Part shown: in pieces, positions 45,584 through 58,673 of the stretch | How the letters are laid out: every line of letters starts with the position of its first letter | Position numbering within the stretch: the stretch's first letter is position 1 | Notes under the pieces: model-generated | What the model saw: the letters and a program-made list of their open reading frames with translations, nothing else | Told to the model about the DNA's origin: nothing | Databases searched by the model: none | Program-made: the position numbers and the translations under genes | From: Bugula neritina | Lineage: Eukaryota; Animalia; Bryozoa | DNA: 64,000 bases | Assembly: GCA_964035545.1 (NCBI GenBank) | Contig: OZ037765.1 | Span: forward strand, 22,629,504-22,693,503 | Direction of reading: 5' to 3'

Positions 45584-48302
45584 ATTGGAACTGCCTATCA
45601 CCGTAGCTAGATTTCTGGTGTCTTATCTTAAGGAAATCTAAAAACAGGTAGATGCAGGTCTTGAAAAAATTCGACAAGGAATTACTGACAACATGACCTG
45701 ATTTTAACCATGTATTTATTAATATAAAATTAGTAATCATATGTGAATGTCTTTGCATAGCGAAAAAACCTGCTTGGATTTAGCATCACATAATCTAGGA
45801 AGTTGAGAATTAACTATTCATACCACGGATATTTTTATTTCTGATGCTCTATAGATTTCCCATTATCTATTCACAGACGGAATTATCAACAATTACAATG
45901 TGTTAATTTCATTTCATTTCTCCTCCATACGCAATTGGTATATTATATAAATTTATATTTCTTAACATTTTTTTTATATTTTACATGTTTTGCTGTAATA
46001 TATCTGGTGACTAGACGAACTGGAATATTTTGTGGTTAAAGTCCCTGCTTATGGTTAGACCTTAATTGAACTCTAACTGGTCTGATTGATGATAGATTAC
46101 TAGAACTAGCTTTTATCTATAATTGCCATCTACATGATGTGAGAAGTAAAACTGGATATATCCCTGCGATAGTGTAGTGCTCTCACACATTATATAAGTT
46201 TTATGAGCTGGGTGTGTATATTCAAGTGTTTGATCTAAGCCCTCCAAATCAGGGGTGCTTCCTACCCACTCCTTGTTCACACTTCCACCCCCTGTTTACT
46301 CACCCCCTCCCCCTCCTTGACAATATAACAATAACATGGTTGTTTATTATATTTATATATTACAACAGCGTGAATCAACCTGACATCCAACTTCATTGTG
46401 TCGGCACACAAAAGTATAACAACGGCCAAAATTCAAACAATTTTTTTTTCATTAACTTGTTATGGAAATGAATAAGTATTTCACAGCTAGCCATAGGCAT
46501 ACAATATCATAGTTCAAAAGCTTTCTATATTACCATACAGAGAGAATGTTGGGTTGTTTTGAAGTTCTGCTCTACCTAATGTAATTAATTTTCTACTTTA
46601 CTTGTGACAATTGCCAATAACAGTCCATAACACTTTATTTCTGTCATTATTGAAGAGTAGCATCAATGATGTGTAAAAAGCCTTCCTAAACATTGTAAAA
46701 AGGGTGGGGGATACAGTTTTCAAGCAGGTGCCAATACTGCTATAGATCAAACCATTTTAGTTTCACACCTATCAACTTGTGCAAGCTAACTGCACATCAT
46801 AGGTTCTACTCACTCTCTGCTCATGCTAAAGCATTGCTCCAGCTACATATCTAGATAGACAGGCATGAACTGCTGACATAGCAAACAGATGCCTTACTAT
46901 ATCGTCAGACTAACTCTTAAAATGAATTAATATCCAAAGGTGAACTTTGAAATCCCTCAGATTTGATGGGAGATAAAAAGCTTTCCCTCAACTTAATCCA
47001 TCTTCTTACCCCTAAGTTATAAAAACGCATTTATTTGAACTAGATTAAAAATAGGTTTCTTCCCCGTAAAGTACTTCGATCTAACAACTCTTTATAGAAT
47101 GAGTATAACTGTTAGTTGCATTTCAGGCTACTATTCATAGTGAGGCTGAAAGTTCACATTAGTATATGCAGTGCAGTCTCATGTGCTAGAATTGATATTT
47201 GCCTTGCCTAGAGGATAATACTGGGAGACTAGGGATGTGCTATAGTAGATTGTCACAGAAAACCATTTTTTGCAATTCATTCGCAGTAATCGGTTTGTGC
47301 CTGCTTATGCATTAAAATTTAATCCATAATCTCAAAACATCCCTTGCACTGAGTAGGATCTTTTCAGTTTATAATACATAAAGTTAAGCATTACTTAGTA
47401 TGATACTTTGTTTTTAAAGTGAATTTGAAATTGGACGATATTTTATAAGTTTATAATTATCATTGTCAAACATTAATGCAACAGACATAACTTAATATTT
47501 TAATACACCATTCAATTATTTCATACTAGTTTAATTTGCTTTATATTTCAGATATTTAGGCTTTGCATAGCAAGCAGTTTGACAATATTATCTGTCCAAC
47601 ATAGTTGCAAGCAGTTTTGGAACTAAATTATGATATAATTCATAACAATTTTAGCAAATAAATTTTGGATCTAAACTATTTTTATCATCATCCACTAAGC
47701 CTTATAACTATCTAGAGCTTATAAAAACAGGGTTGATATACCAATAGCATACAGATGCGTTTAATTAGAAGGCTAATTATGCAGAGTGGAATAATAATAT
47801 TATTATAGAAATAATTAATTCTGATAGAATTGTTTTGAAGTTGCCTACTCATTTGCCAAATTCCCTTCTCACAATGAGGATGTGATTCTAAAGGTTGGAA
47901 TGCAGGTGGTAAAATTTGAGTTTGTAAAAATCAATATCATATTGAAAAACTATAGCAATGTAAAAATTAAATGAGAATTGGCAAGCATAAAAAATTTTGT
48001 AAAATCATAATATAATATCTAAACAAAATATCAATTTTCAAACTTGACTCTGTGAATGGTGATATAATGAACAGTTTGCTATTTATTTTGAATAGCATTC
48101 ACAATCACTGCTTTGTTTCAATATTGCAGTTGCTGAATCATACTTGCTATGGAACCATTTACTGCAATGTATAGCATTTATTTCAATTTGAGTTGCCAAA
48201 AAATGCATAATATGTTTTGTTCAATAAACATGTTGAACTTTTTAATTACTTGAGAAATATTACTTATATATTATATTTACTAATGCAAAGTAGACATGTC
48301 AA

Positions 48303-48534
48303 GGAGCAGCTGTGGCCTAATAGTTGGAGCGCAAGTCAAGTATGACACAGGTCATGGGTTCGAGTCTAGGTAAATGGTGATGTCAAAAAGAGCATCCAAT
48401 CATAATCGCTCCTGTGCGACAATGAAATCTCTCAAATAATGTTGTCAGCATGATAAGAGGTACAGTATTTAGCCCACTTTAAAACCCTTGTAACTAGAGG
48501 TACTCGCAGAGATGAAGACTTTAAACAGACATAA
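48303..48534 (+). mobile_element. tRNA-derived SINE, diverged copy
   Basis: GGAGCAGCTGTGGCCTAATAGTTGGAGCGC (A-box-like), GGGTTCGAGTC (B-box), core GATGTCAAAAAGAGCATCCAATC, 3' GACTTTAAAC; ACATGTCA repeated on both flanks. Confidence 0.65.
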
Positions 48535-48589
48535 GTTACACATGTCAGCACACTAGTACTGCAGTATTTCAACTTAGTATCTAGCATTA

Positions 48590-48643
48590 AATTCAAGTTT
48601 ATAGTCACTATTGGTGAGAAACCCCTGATGAAAAGGGTTTGTT
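48590..48643 (-). mobile_element. 3' fragment of the same SINE family, antisense
   Basis: Reverse complement CATCAGGGGTTTCTCACCAATAGTGACTATAAACTTGA matches the 3' ends of the copies at ~880-918 and ~51626-51662. Confidence 0.7.
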
Positions 48644-50585
48644 ACATTAGTTTAATATCTACCTTTAGCATTAAACTGATGCAATTAAAACTACATATGA
48701 TATAGGGTGTAGGACACTAGTAGTTGAAGTGTAATAATTTGCATGGGCATTCAATGTAGTTAGGAATAATTTAATCAGCCAAAACTAAACAACAGAGAGG
48801 AGACAACTCATATATTTGTAATGCGATTTGAATATATCGATTTGGCTCTATTTTATTATTTTCATTACTTTTATGTTGGTTACAATAATATATTTCATAA
48901 ATAGTTTGTATATAAATTAGACTTTAGCAAAAAAATTCATATAATCTTAAACTTCCAATGAATGCAAGATGCAGTAAATACAGCGGTTGACATTTTCTGT
49001 TTGATTATGTGCATTATGGCGGACAATTCATTAAGGTCAAAGGTCGAGATTGCAACATAAGGTTTTACTAAATTCAATAAATATATTTATATACAAAACT
49101 ATGCCAGCATAGCTACCGTTAGTTTTATACATAGTAACATATATAGTTGAATTAATTAACAATTTCTAATGACACTAGTTAAAAAGAATAATTGCTATGG
49201 AATCGTTTTGGAATTGTCATTACTTTATTTCTGATTAAGTACTAGAATTAGAGGGGATAACTCTATACTAGAAGACTATACTGTACTATAAAATTATAAT
49301 ATTGTGTTTAAACATAGAAGCCATTGTTATCTCTAGTAATCTGAATAAACTAGTAATTTACAAGTATGAGAACTAGTTTCAATGCTATGTCAGTGCCATT
49401 TGCTAACAGTTGAAAACTGTTTATCGAGCACCAATTTTCTGCAATGAGTATAATAATAGTTATGTTGGTATAACTTTTAAAAACTATCTACTCTTGTGCA
49501 ACATTGAGCAGATAACTCTCATTTACCAGTTTTTATTTAACTCTAAATATAGAAGGAAATACAATGCTATAGTGTAGTGATCTTTTGCTTATAGCCATAT
49601 ATCTAGACTTTATATCTGATCAACTGTTTTAATATTGCTTAACATGTGTTCAATGCTATTTTAGAAAACTTATACTCTGCCAACAATTTTAGATTTAAAT
49701 TACAACAAAACTCAAGTTGATGATTTATATGAGCTGAATCTCTCTGGTGCTTTCTTCTATCATGGTTTCAGTTTTCACAAACAAGAGGTACAAGACATAT
49801 ACATTATCATTATCAACATGAGTTGTAAAAAAACTGTCGATCCATTTTGACATAATGGTTTTGATTGTGCAACAATAGTCTTTATTTACTGCTAAAGTGC
49901 AAAGTTGTGATGAACTTGGCATAACTTGAAATATCCACGTTGCCAAATTTACCAAAGTATTGACAATTTTTAAAAAAAAACAAATTTTTGTCAAATTTAT
50001 TATCACTTCAAAAATAAAATAAAAAATATTAGTTCTACCACCACGCACTAAACTCTCACAATAATTTAGAATGCTAACTATAAGTGTCACTTCTATTCAG
50101 TATTTCACTGTCTTTAATTCATAATAATTTAAATTAAAAGAGAAATTGTGTAACTAATGTTCATGATGCAGCATAAAATTATATGTTATATTGCCAGTTA
50201 TGCTTTCATAAAGTTATGATTTATGGATCAAATACATATTTCATAAAGATTTAGAAATACAAAAAATAGATAGTTAGACGTGTCAGAAACTAAAAAGGTT
50301 AACCTTTACTATCAAAATAAAAAATAGGCAATTTAATTTTATCTGCTTAAAACTATTAATCTATTAATTCTGACTGATCACCTTGTAAAGGTTAACATGT
50401 ATAAAAAAACAGGTGACAAATAAATAATAATATTGCACAAATTTATACATAAAAAACGCATTATTAAATATTTCAAGTTAGTATATAAAATTCACAGCAA
50501 ATAAATCTGTAAAGTCATCTGTTTTGCTCTCAGCCTTATTTTGGTAATATTGAATTAATCTCATTGTGATCTTAAAATTCACTAA

Positions 50586-50930
50586 GCCTAGGGCCACACG
50601 GTGCGTATTTTCGCATGCGAAAATTGAAATCACAAGTAGCAAAGGTGTCCACTGTGCGCGTTGAGAAAACATTCGCACTTGTCGCTCTGCATTTTCAACG
50701 CAAGTGCGAATCGTCTCTGTCGTCGTCACCTAATTGGCTAGTAGTTATTAAGCGAGCCCAATTTCTTTATTTTAGTGCTACATTCCAGTAAATTGCGTTT
50801 TATTGAAAGCGAGTGCGATTTAAAAATGAAAGCTTTATTCATCACGCGTCACTGACGCTACAGTGGACGCCTTTGCTACTTGTGATTTCAATTTTTCGCA
50901 TGCAAAAATACGCACCGTGTGGCCCGAGGC
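50586..50930. mobile_element. PIF/Harbinger (Tourist-like) MITE, 345 bp, TAA TSD
   Basis: ~70-bp near-perfect TIRs GCCT(A/C)GGGCCACACGGTGCGTATTTT..GCATGCGAAAATTGAAATCACAAGTAGCAAAGG(T/C)GTCCACTGT; TAA at both 50583-50585 and 50931-50933. Confidence 0.9.
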
Positions 50931-51475
50931 TAAGAGTTGGGCCTCTAAAGCTGCTACAAGAATACTCTGTTCTAGTATCATTTAATGCATGCATCTTTTT
51001 ATTCAAAAGTTAACTTGCTCAGCAAAACTATGAAATAATACAATATATAGTTGAACTCTGTTCGAATGCATTAAATGTTATGTACTGTTAATAAGTCTTT
51101 AGGTTGTATTTTTTCAAAACCTTTTTTAATGCCCAGTCAGTAGCTACTTTGTATATGTTTTTGTAAAAATTTTGAGTTATAAATGTATAACTTCTTGAAG
51201 TGAGGAAATGTATTACAAAATTATACCAATTAATATTTTTATAGTTTACCATTTGGCTTTTATTTTTTTAACTGTTATATTTATGTATATTATATATCTA
51301 ATAGCAATTTGCAAAAATGCATATCTTTATTCCGTGAGATAAACATAATTAGTGCACAAACTTATAGCAAGACTTGCATATTATATTCTGAGGTTCAGAG
51401 AATCGAATAATGCTCTAATATGTTAGAATAGTAACATAAATATACTATTTGTAGGCAGTATGTAGAGCTGTCCAA

Positions 51476-51673
51476 GGGGGTTAGAGCGTTTGCCTAGGAA
51501 CCACGAAGTTATAGGTTCGAACCCTGAGAAAGGCTATTAGGGATGTTAGGAAGGGCATCCAGTCACAATTGCTTCTGTGCCCCATCTGAATAAGTCCTTA
51601 GCCCGATTTAACAAAAAAACTTTCCATCAGGGGTTTGTCACAGAGATGGTGACTATAAACTTCATTGAGTTTT
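51476..51673 (+). mobile_element. tRNA-derived SINE, 5'-truncated copy with 17-bp TSD
   Basis: GGTTAGAGCG..GGTTCGAACCC..GATGTTAGGAAGGGCATCCAG..GACTATAAACTT; flanked by TATGTAGAGCTGTCCAA (51459-51475) and TATGTAGAGCTGTTCAA (51674-51690). Confidence 0.88.
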
Positions 51674-52586
51674 TATGTAGAGCTGTTCAATATATAATGC
51701 TATTATTCAACAACTATTTTGCTGATTGGTTGACAGATTAACAAGTCCTCAAAATAAAGTCAATACCTATAGCTCACTTTATTTACAAGATCTAACAGTA
51801 AAACACATATACTCCGATCTAATGGTTACATGACTATGTCTAAGTGTCATATATTCTGACCAACTAATAAATTAATACATAATGTTTGTAATTTTATTGA
51901 CAACTTTTCATATAACATTACAAAGTGTGTGTATGTATAAGCTCAAACTATAATGTATCTGCAGTGTCTGCTAGAAAAATAAACAGTGGTCAACCTATTT
52001 TTTTACCAGATAATATCTAAAATATAATTTTCTGACTTAAATGTTACTATGTCATATGTTCAAAATGAGCTCTAAAAGATGCTTTTTATAATGGAAATAC
52101 ACATATTAAAATGTTAACTAAGCAGATATTAATTATGACCTTGTATTCTAGGAAACTTAACCCATAAGCCACTTAGCTTAAAAAGAGCTGGATAAAAACA
52201 AGGTGTTTCAAAATTAAGACATCATTTCTGGTGGTAATCAAAAGAAGAAAAACGGCAGAAGAGGAGGCTCTGTGACATGTGGTAAAGGAGGTATGTGGTT
52301 AAGAAGATAATTGTTGAAGCTACACAAAGAGTTTGCCCAAACAGTACAATGCCTTGCAGTTGTGCTGCAGGCCCTGATCGTGGAATTATAAATTGACATA
52401 TCACCATGGCAACTGGAGCGTATACCTATCGTTAAGCATGGGAAATGGAGTTAAGGGATTTTCCTGTTACCATTGCTACAGTGTGTACCATCTAACTAGC
52501 TGTTAGACAGTGAACCTCTTGTGCAATGCTCATTGAGCCAAATCGTTTAGTTATCATTCCTGGCAACTGGTTGAAGAACTACAGAC

Positions 52587-54889
52587 ATGAGTACATTTCT
52601 ATTAGGGCAAACTGAAGCATACAATGGCCCAAATGATGGCGTAATTGACTACAGCGTGTACAGCAATGGTCAAAGCAGAGCTACAGAAGATTTCTACAGA
52701 CAGCATTACGACAGCACTTACGTTTCAACAGCGAATGGCGAGCCATCTGCGGCCAGGTACTGGTATGACATTATAATAATTGGTTAGGCTGACATTAGTC
52801 ATGCGTTATTAACTTTATATCGTAAGCTAAGACAATTTGGTAAGAGATCTTGTAAAGATAACAGTACCCAATACTTTTCTTGTACTTCTCTCTTTGTAAT
52901 GACAAATATTGCACCCATTCACCCTACTTCAATGCTTAATATCTCACTTTCGGCTGTAAAATTTCCTAATCTTTTCTTTTACATCACACAGTCAATGGCG
53001 TCTTTCAAGTACTTAGGACTCAAGTGTTCAGTAGCATAGCAATTTGCTTACTAAGCTTATAAGATATGGGTTTCACATTCTTTCTGACCATGTTGCCCCG
53101 CTGCACCAACATATCTCTTTCAACAGCTACATTAAAGTAATGTATCATGTAGCATACAGACAAGATATACACACTTCACAGTATTTTTGAAGTTTTACTG
53201 TTGTGCATAAAACTACCCACAGTCGTCGCATAAGAGTTGACCAGAAGAACGTTAAAGCCTATCTTACAAGTTTCGTTCTACAAATGGGTGTTCTATATTT
53301 GGCTCTATAACCAATCAGGCATTACATATGCTATAACTGAAGGGTGCATCATAAGTGAGGCTGAAACTATATCAATGAAAAAAAAAAAATGGCAATCGCC
53401 TGCATAGAGAAATTTATGAGATCAACCCATTAGTTATTTTGGCCGAGTGATATTACTGTGTTCCTGCAGATACAATTAGCAGATACTACATAAAAAGTTG
53501 CGTTATGTTTTAGGAGTTTAAGAAAGGAACTTGCTGGAGAGATTTACAACTTCTATAGTCAACTCTAAGTTCCAGCCAAGCGAGATCAATCTAATGCGAT
53601 GATCATTTGTATTTTTCTGTGTGTTGTTTGCAGATACTCAAGCAATGGAGTTGATATTAACACATCCAACAGCAGTTACCCTCTGCATGGCTTACGGATG
53701 GACTACAGTAATTTAGCTATACCTTCATATCAGCCTCCTTTACCTCACAGCACCAGCCATCCTGAAACACCCTCCACTCCAACCAATGAGAATGACTCAA
53801 CCTTCACCGCATCAACTAACTCAGCTGTGCAGATCTATCCATGGATGAAAAAGTTACATGTTAGCTGTATGTACCAGATAACCAATGAAATTGTTTTAGA
53901 AGTAGTCAAATTGACTGTTAGCATACCCAACCTTATCTGTGGGTTTTGCTTAGAAATTAGTCTAGCATACATTTACCACACTAATGCTCGGAATTTGTTC
54001 TATGTTCTTTACAACATTGAAAAAGATATTTACAGATCCTGCTCATAACTTGCACTGACTAGTCATAGAATCTGTATACCCAGTTTCGGGCTCTAGATTT
54101 TTCTTAATTGAACAATTATATAACTATATTCATTACTAAGAAATGCTTTGATGTTATCAATGCATTGGTAATGCGTCAAAAACACTCCGAAATGGTGAAA
54201 TATAACATCTTAGTAAACGTAAGCATTCTAGAAAGGTTTAAACAAATGTGTGCTATATTGCTAGATGATATGATAGATAACCAAGTGCTTAGCCATTACG
54301 TTGCATAACCTCTCCTTGATCTGAGGTCTTGAGACAGTAAACACTTGACTACAAAGTGTTACCTTCATAGCACTAATTGCAACACTAACAACTAAAAGCT
54401 GATTTGCAGCTAATATTTTACTTAGTCCTGATACTGGAATAAAGTTAATGAAATGTGACATGAGTTTAATAAAATATCTAAGATTCCAACCTAGGAATGT
54501 GCAAAAGTATTGAGACTAAAAAAGCTTAAACAGTAAATTTTTGAAACAAGATTATAGTTGTGATTGGTTTACAATTTTGTTTTAATACAGCATCCAATGA
54601 CCCAGATGGCATGGATCCAAAGAGAGCCAGAACTGCCTACACTAGACACCAAATTTTAGAGCTAGAAAAAGAATTTCATTTCAACCGTTATCTCACAAGA
54701 CGCAGACGTATAGAGATTGCACACACTCTTGATCTCTCAGAAAGACAAATAAAGATCTGGTTTCAAAACCGTAGAATGAAATGGAAAAAAGAACACAAAT
54801 TACCAAATACAAAAGGTAAGATTCCAGAAATAAAGCCCCAAGAGTCAACATCTGGTGGATCAGAAAAGAGTTTGGATGATGAAGACTGA
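52587..54889 (+). CDS. Dfd: Hox4/Deformed; join(52587..52756,53634..53866,54591..54889), ~233 aa
   Basis: N-terminal MSTFLL (Hox4-type MSSFL), hexapeptide [10 protein letters not shown], homeodomain [60 protein letters not shown] plus the Hox4 signature LPNTK. GT-AG introns of phase 2 and 1 join to 702 nt in frame. AATAAA at 55350. Confidence 0.92.
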
Positions 54890-55539
54890 ACTACCAATGC
54901 TAAGCTACGCCCACTCACTGCTTGAAAGCTGATTTACCTGGCATGAAAATAGCATCATATTTTGTTTTCAAGTTGGTAATTTATCAGTTGAAATCGTCAT
55001 AGCAATTGATATTAAAATCTTTTTGTAATCCAAAAAATATTAGATCTAAGCTGTACATAGATTGATCAATATAATAGATAATTATACATTTTAGCTTTTA
55101 GCTGGTCCAGTGAATAATTAAGCATTTTCTCATGATGATGCCATATCTGATTATTTATGTAATAATTTGTGATTTCCAATTCATTTACCAGCCTAATAGT
55201 ATTAGATTTAAGTTGTTTGTAAATAATTACTATTTAAAACTGGTATGTGCTATTTTTCAACTGAGTTTAAGTTTAAAGCTAATTAATCTCACAATATACA
55301 TTATAATGCTGAAATATTTACTATGAATAGCATTAATGACATTTGTATCAATAAACTCTCCGTGCTATCAATACAAATAGTGATAAATTACTACAGGAAA
55401 ATTTAAATTTGTTGATTTTAGAATGAATAATGATTCACTCTTAAGCCAAAATCATTAACTAAAAACATTAACTCTATGACACGTATAATTTGTCTAACGC
55501 TTAAGTACTGGCCCGAATGCTCCAGCTGGAGCTTCTTGC

Positions 55540-55700
55540 TGCATAAAGTAGAAGACCACGGAGACAACGGCATTTGAAAACTTTCAAGAGATTGACCTCA
55601 GCAAGCCTGTAGAAATGAATAAAGTCATAACAAATTCCTATAGAAAAAAGATGTGGTTTGACGTTGTTATGCCGAGTGTCACAATATGTGGATGTTGTCA
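55540..55700 (-). mobile_element. Possible decayed non-LTR retrotransposon (RTE/L2-like) ORF2 fragment
   Basis: Peptide RLAEVNLLKVFKCRCLRGLL resembles the post-RT 'L.VFERRCLRRIL' segment of RTE/L2 LINEs; short and weak. Confidence 0.25.
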
Positions 55701-58639
55701 TGACAACCAGAAGAATAAATTATAATTGGTAAATAGCTACATAGCAATGTGCATGACAAACTTATTCAAGTATGGTAAGGTTAATCTCATCAATCAAATC
55801 CTGTTACACACATGGTGACAAGTTCTACTGAAAACTAACCAGCCGAATACCTGTAATCATATGCAGTTGTTCCCGCAATCAATCCTCCACAGAATAAACT
55901 TGAGCTTCAGATTTTCTTTAAATATCTTTAGCTTTAAGTTATTTTTGCCAGTCATGGCACCTATACAGGTGATCTATACCTCAGTAGTATCATTTAAAAC
56001 TTTTTAAAACAGTTAGAAATAGAGCAGCTGTGAAGACTGTTCGGAGATAATGAAGTGTTAACTGACCAGACGATTGAGCAAGAAAAACTTGCAGTATTTT
56101 AATTGTTAATTCTTAGAATTCTGGGGCTGTGGTATCTATAAGGCTTATCCGATAGTTTAGTAACTAACGTTCTGCTCTACCTTGGCAAGGAGCCATTTTT
56201 ATGAGATGGTTCTAAGTTACACCAAACTAAGCATATTATTTCATATCCCACTGTCAGAGAATACAACCAATGAGCCAGATAATGGAAACTTTCACTAGTC
56301 AGTAGTTCCATGCTAGCCATGCCTATAACACACGAACTCAAAGATTTCTCCAGTAATACTTCAAGGTGATAGTGTGATAGTTGTTAAAAAAGTTGTGAAC
56401 AAATGAAAACCATGTCAACTTCTCTATTTTCCACTCAGCTCTGCATTTTGTTTTTATGTGTAGCATATTCTTGTTAGTAATAGTAGTAGATAGCATGCTT
56501 CTTACAACAATACCACTTAACAGCTATGAGGTCACAAAGCACACTATACGATATCGATATCGCAAATATGTCCTATTAAATCTAAAGACAGACAACATGT
56601 TGTTATATGGCATGGTGTTGCAGCTATCAACTTGACAAATTACAGTTAAGAGACAAAATAAGCGAAAATCATAAATATTAGAATTATAAACTATAGTTAC
56701 ACGCTTTTGTCAGAAGTAACATTCATATTATATTATGTTGTTAAGTAATATTATATTATTTATTATCAAAGGTAGCTAAAGTAATAATTTAATTAATTTC
56801 TTTCCGCATACTAATAATATATTAATAAGGAAATCAGTAAATAGTCAAATTCAATAAAGTTTAATTGCTTGGTTGAAATTGCAAAGCCACAAATTACGCA
56901 AACCATTTAGAATAGATTTCTGGTATCTCCAGTTACCTGAAAGGATTAAAAACGGATACGGTGAGAATACATTTCTGGCATTTGAGTTGAAACTGAATTT
57001 AAAAAATGTCATCAGTTTTATCAGATTAGTAATTGCTAACAGTAGAAGGAAGGGTGTAGCAGCTTGCGTTCCTCTATATTTAAATTGAAAATATCAAAGA
57101 AGACGGTGTATTGCATAGGCCATAGGGCTGTATACCAGCAGTACCGGCGTGTACCACGTCGACTAATACCACATGCTGCATATACTAACTCACCATGGCT
57201 CAAACAGTCACTCAACCTAAACTATTCTTGTTGCTCCTGGAATCATTTTTATAGTTAGTATATTAACTTTATAGATTTTCTCCAAGTGATTAATAAAAAA
57301 CTCAGACTTTAAAATGTGTTGCTGTTGATACTTGATATAATAGATTTCAGTTGAACTAGCAAGACTTTACAGTCATTAAAAGCTAGTTACCACCTTCATT
57401 TACTAAAGTTGTATACTACTTGATGGGTATTAAAATCATGCTACCACTCTAACTATGGTAGTGTGAGCAGACCAGTAAGCATTTCTGCTATCAATCAAGC
57501 ACTTAAATGAGTACTCATGAATTAAATAAATGTTATAGCATATTTTGACTGCAATCTTGTCACCCAAGACCATGTTCTTAAATTAATAACAATGTGTAAG
57601 TAAAATTGCATACAATAAACAATAGCTATAATTATGTGAAGTTTACTTTATATGCGAATATCCTTTTCAACAATTCTTTGCTTACATGTGATGAAAGCTT
57701 TATATTTCAAATTATATTTTAAAACCATGTGCTAATATCAGTTTCCTGGAAGTATATGAGATCATACATTACATAACATTATTGCTGGCAACATGCTTTG
57801 ATTATACACATAGCTAATTATGTCAATTAATAGTAGCTTACTCGAAGGCAATGAAATTAATGTCTTTTCTCATTCATTTACTGTAATGAAACTATTCATG
57901 CAAAATCCATCAATTTTTTCCAATGACATAATGTGATGGCTTCACAGCTTGTTGCTGCATTATGTTAATGGCAACATTATAAAGAATTAGAAAAACCAGA
58001 TGCTATTTTAGAAAAATAAGCATCACAGCTGACGTACTGAAGAGCAATTTCATTGAAACTGCAAATTATTCTTGTTCATATAGCAAAATTTGCATTTTGA
58101 ATTCTTGCTGTTAGTAAAATACTAAAATACTAAAATACTGGAGTACCAGAACTTTATAATCTTCACAAGATTAAGTAACTTGGTAAAAATATATAAGCCA
58201 AGTATATTGCAGCTCAGTCAGATATAAACCACTAAGAATAGATAAGTAAAACTCTAAAAATATTCAACATTGCCAACTATATCTTTATTTCTAGTTGTAA
58301 TATCTGATACAATACATTGCACAGTATTTAATATTAGTACTTAGCCTATTGTAAACATTATAAGGCTATCAAAAGACCCTGTAGCTAAATGGCTTAGTAG
58401 TCATTACCCATGCAATTCATGCAGTAGTCACTGTTACTGAAAATTTACAGCATTGCAACGAATTCACAAATCCAGCAGTGATTACTGTAAAAATGTGGAA
58501 ACTGGGTTAATGAAATTTATTTTTGCCAACATTTATTACAAATGCTTTCCAAAAAAGAAAATTGCAAAATGTTTACTTTAAAGACTGCAGGTGAAAATTT
58601 AGGTAAATCATAGTAAAAGAGAGAAGTGATAGTAATAAT

Positions 58640-58673
58640 AGTCATAAGTCATAGGTCATAGGTCATAAGTCAT
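58640..58673 (+). repeat. 7-bp tandem repeat (A(A/G)GTCAT), ~5 copies
   Basis: AGTCATAAGTCATAGGTCATAGGTCATAAGTCAT read directly. Confidence 0.85.

Noticed and set aside
50478-51013. Two ORFs sharing QWTPLLLVISIF on opposite strands
   Set aside because: By-product of the MITE terminal inverted repeats.
58375-58410. GACCCTGTAGCTAAATGGCTT resembles the 5p arm of mir-993/mir-10 family, in the expected region 3' of Dfd
   Set aside because: No complementary 3' arm (no CTACAGG) follows, so no precursor hairpin forms.
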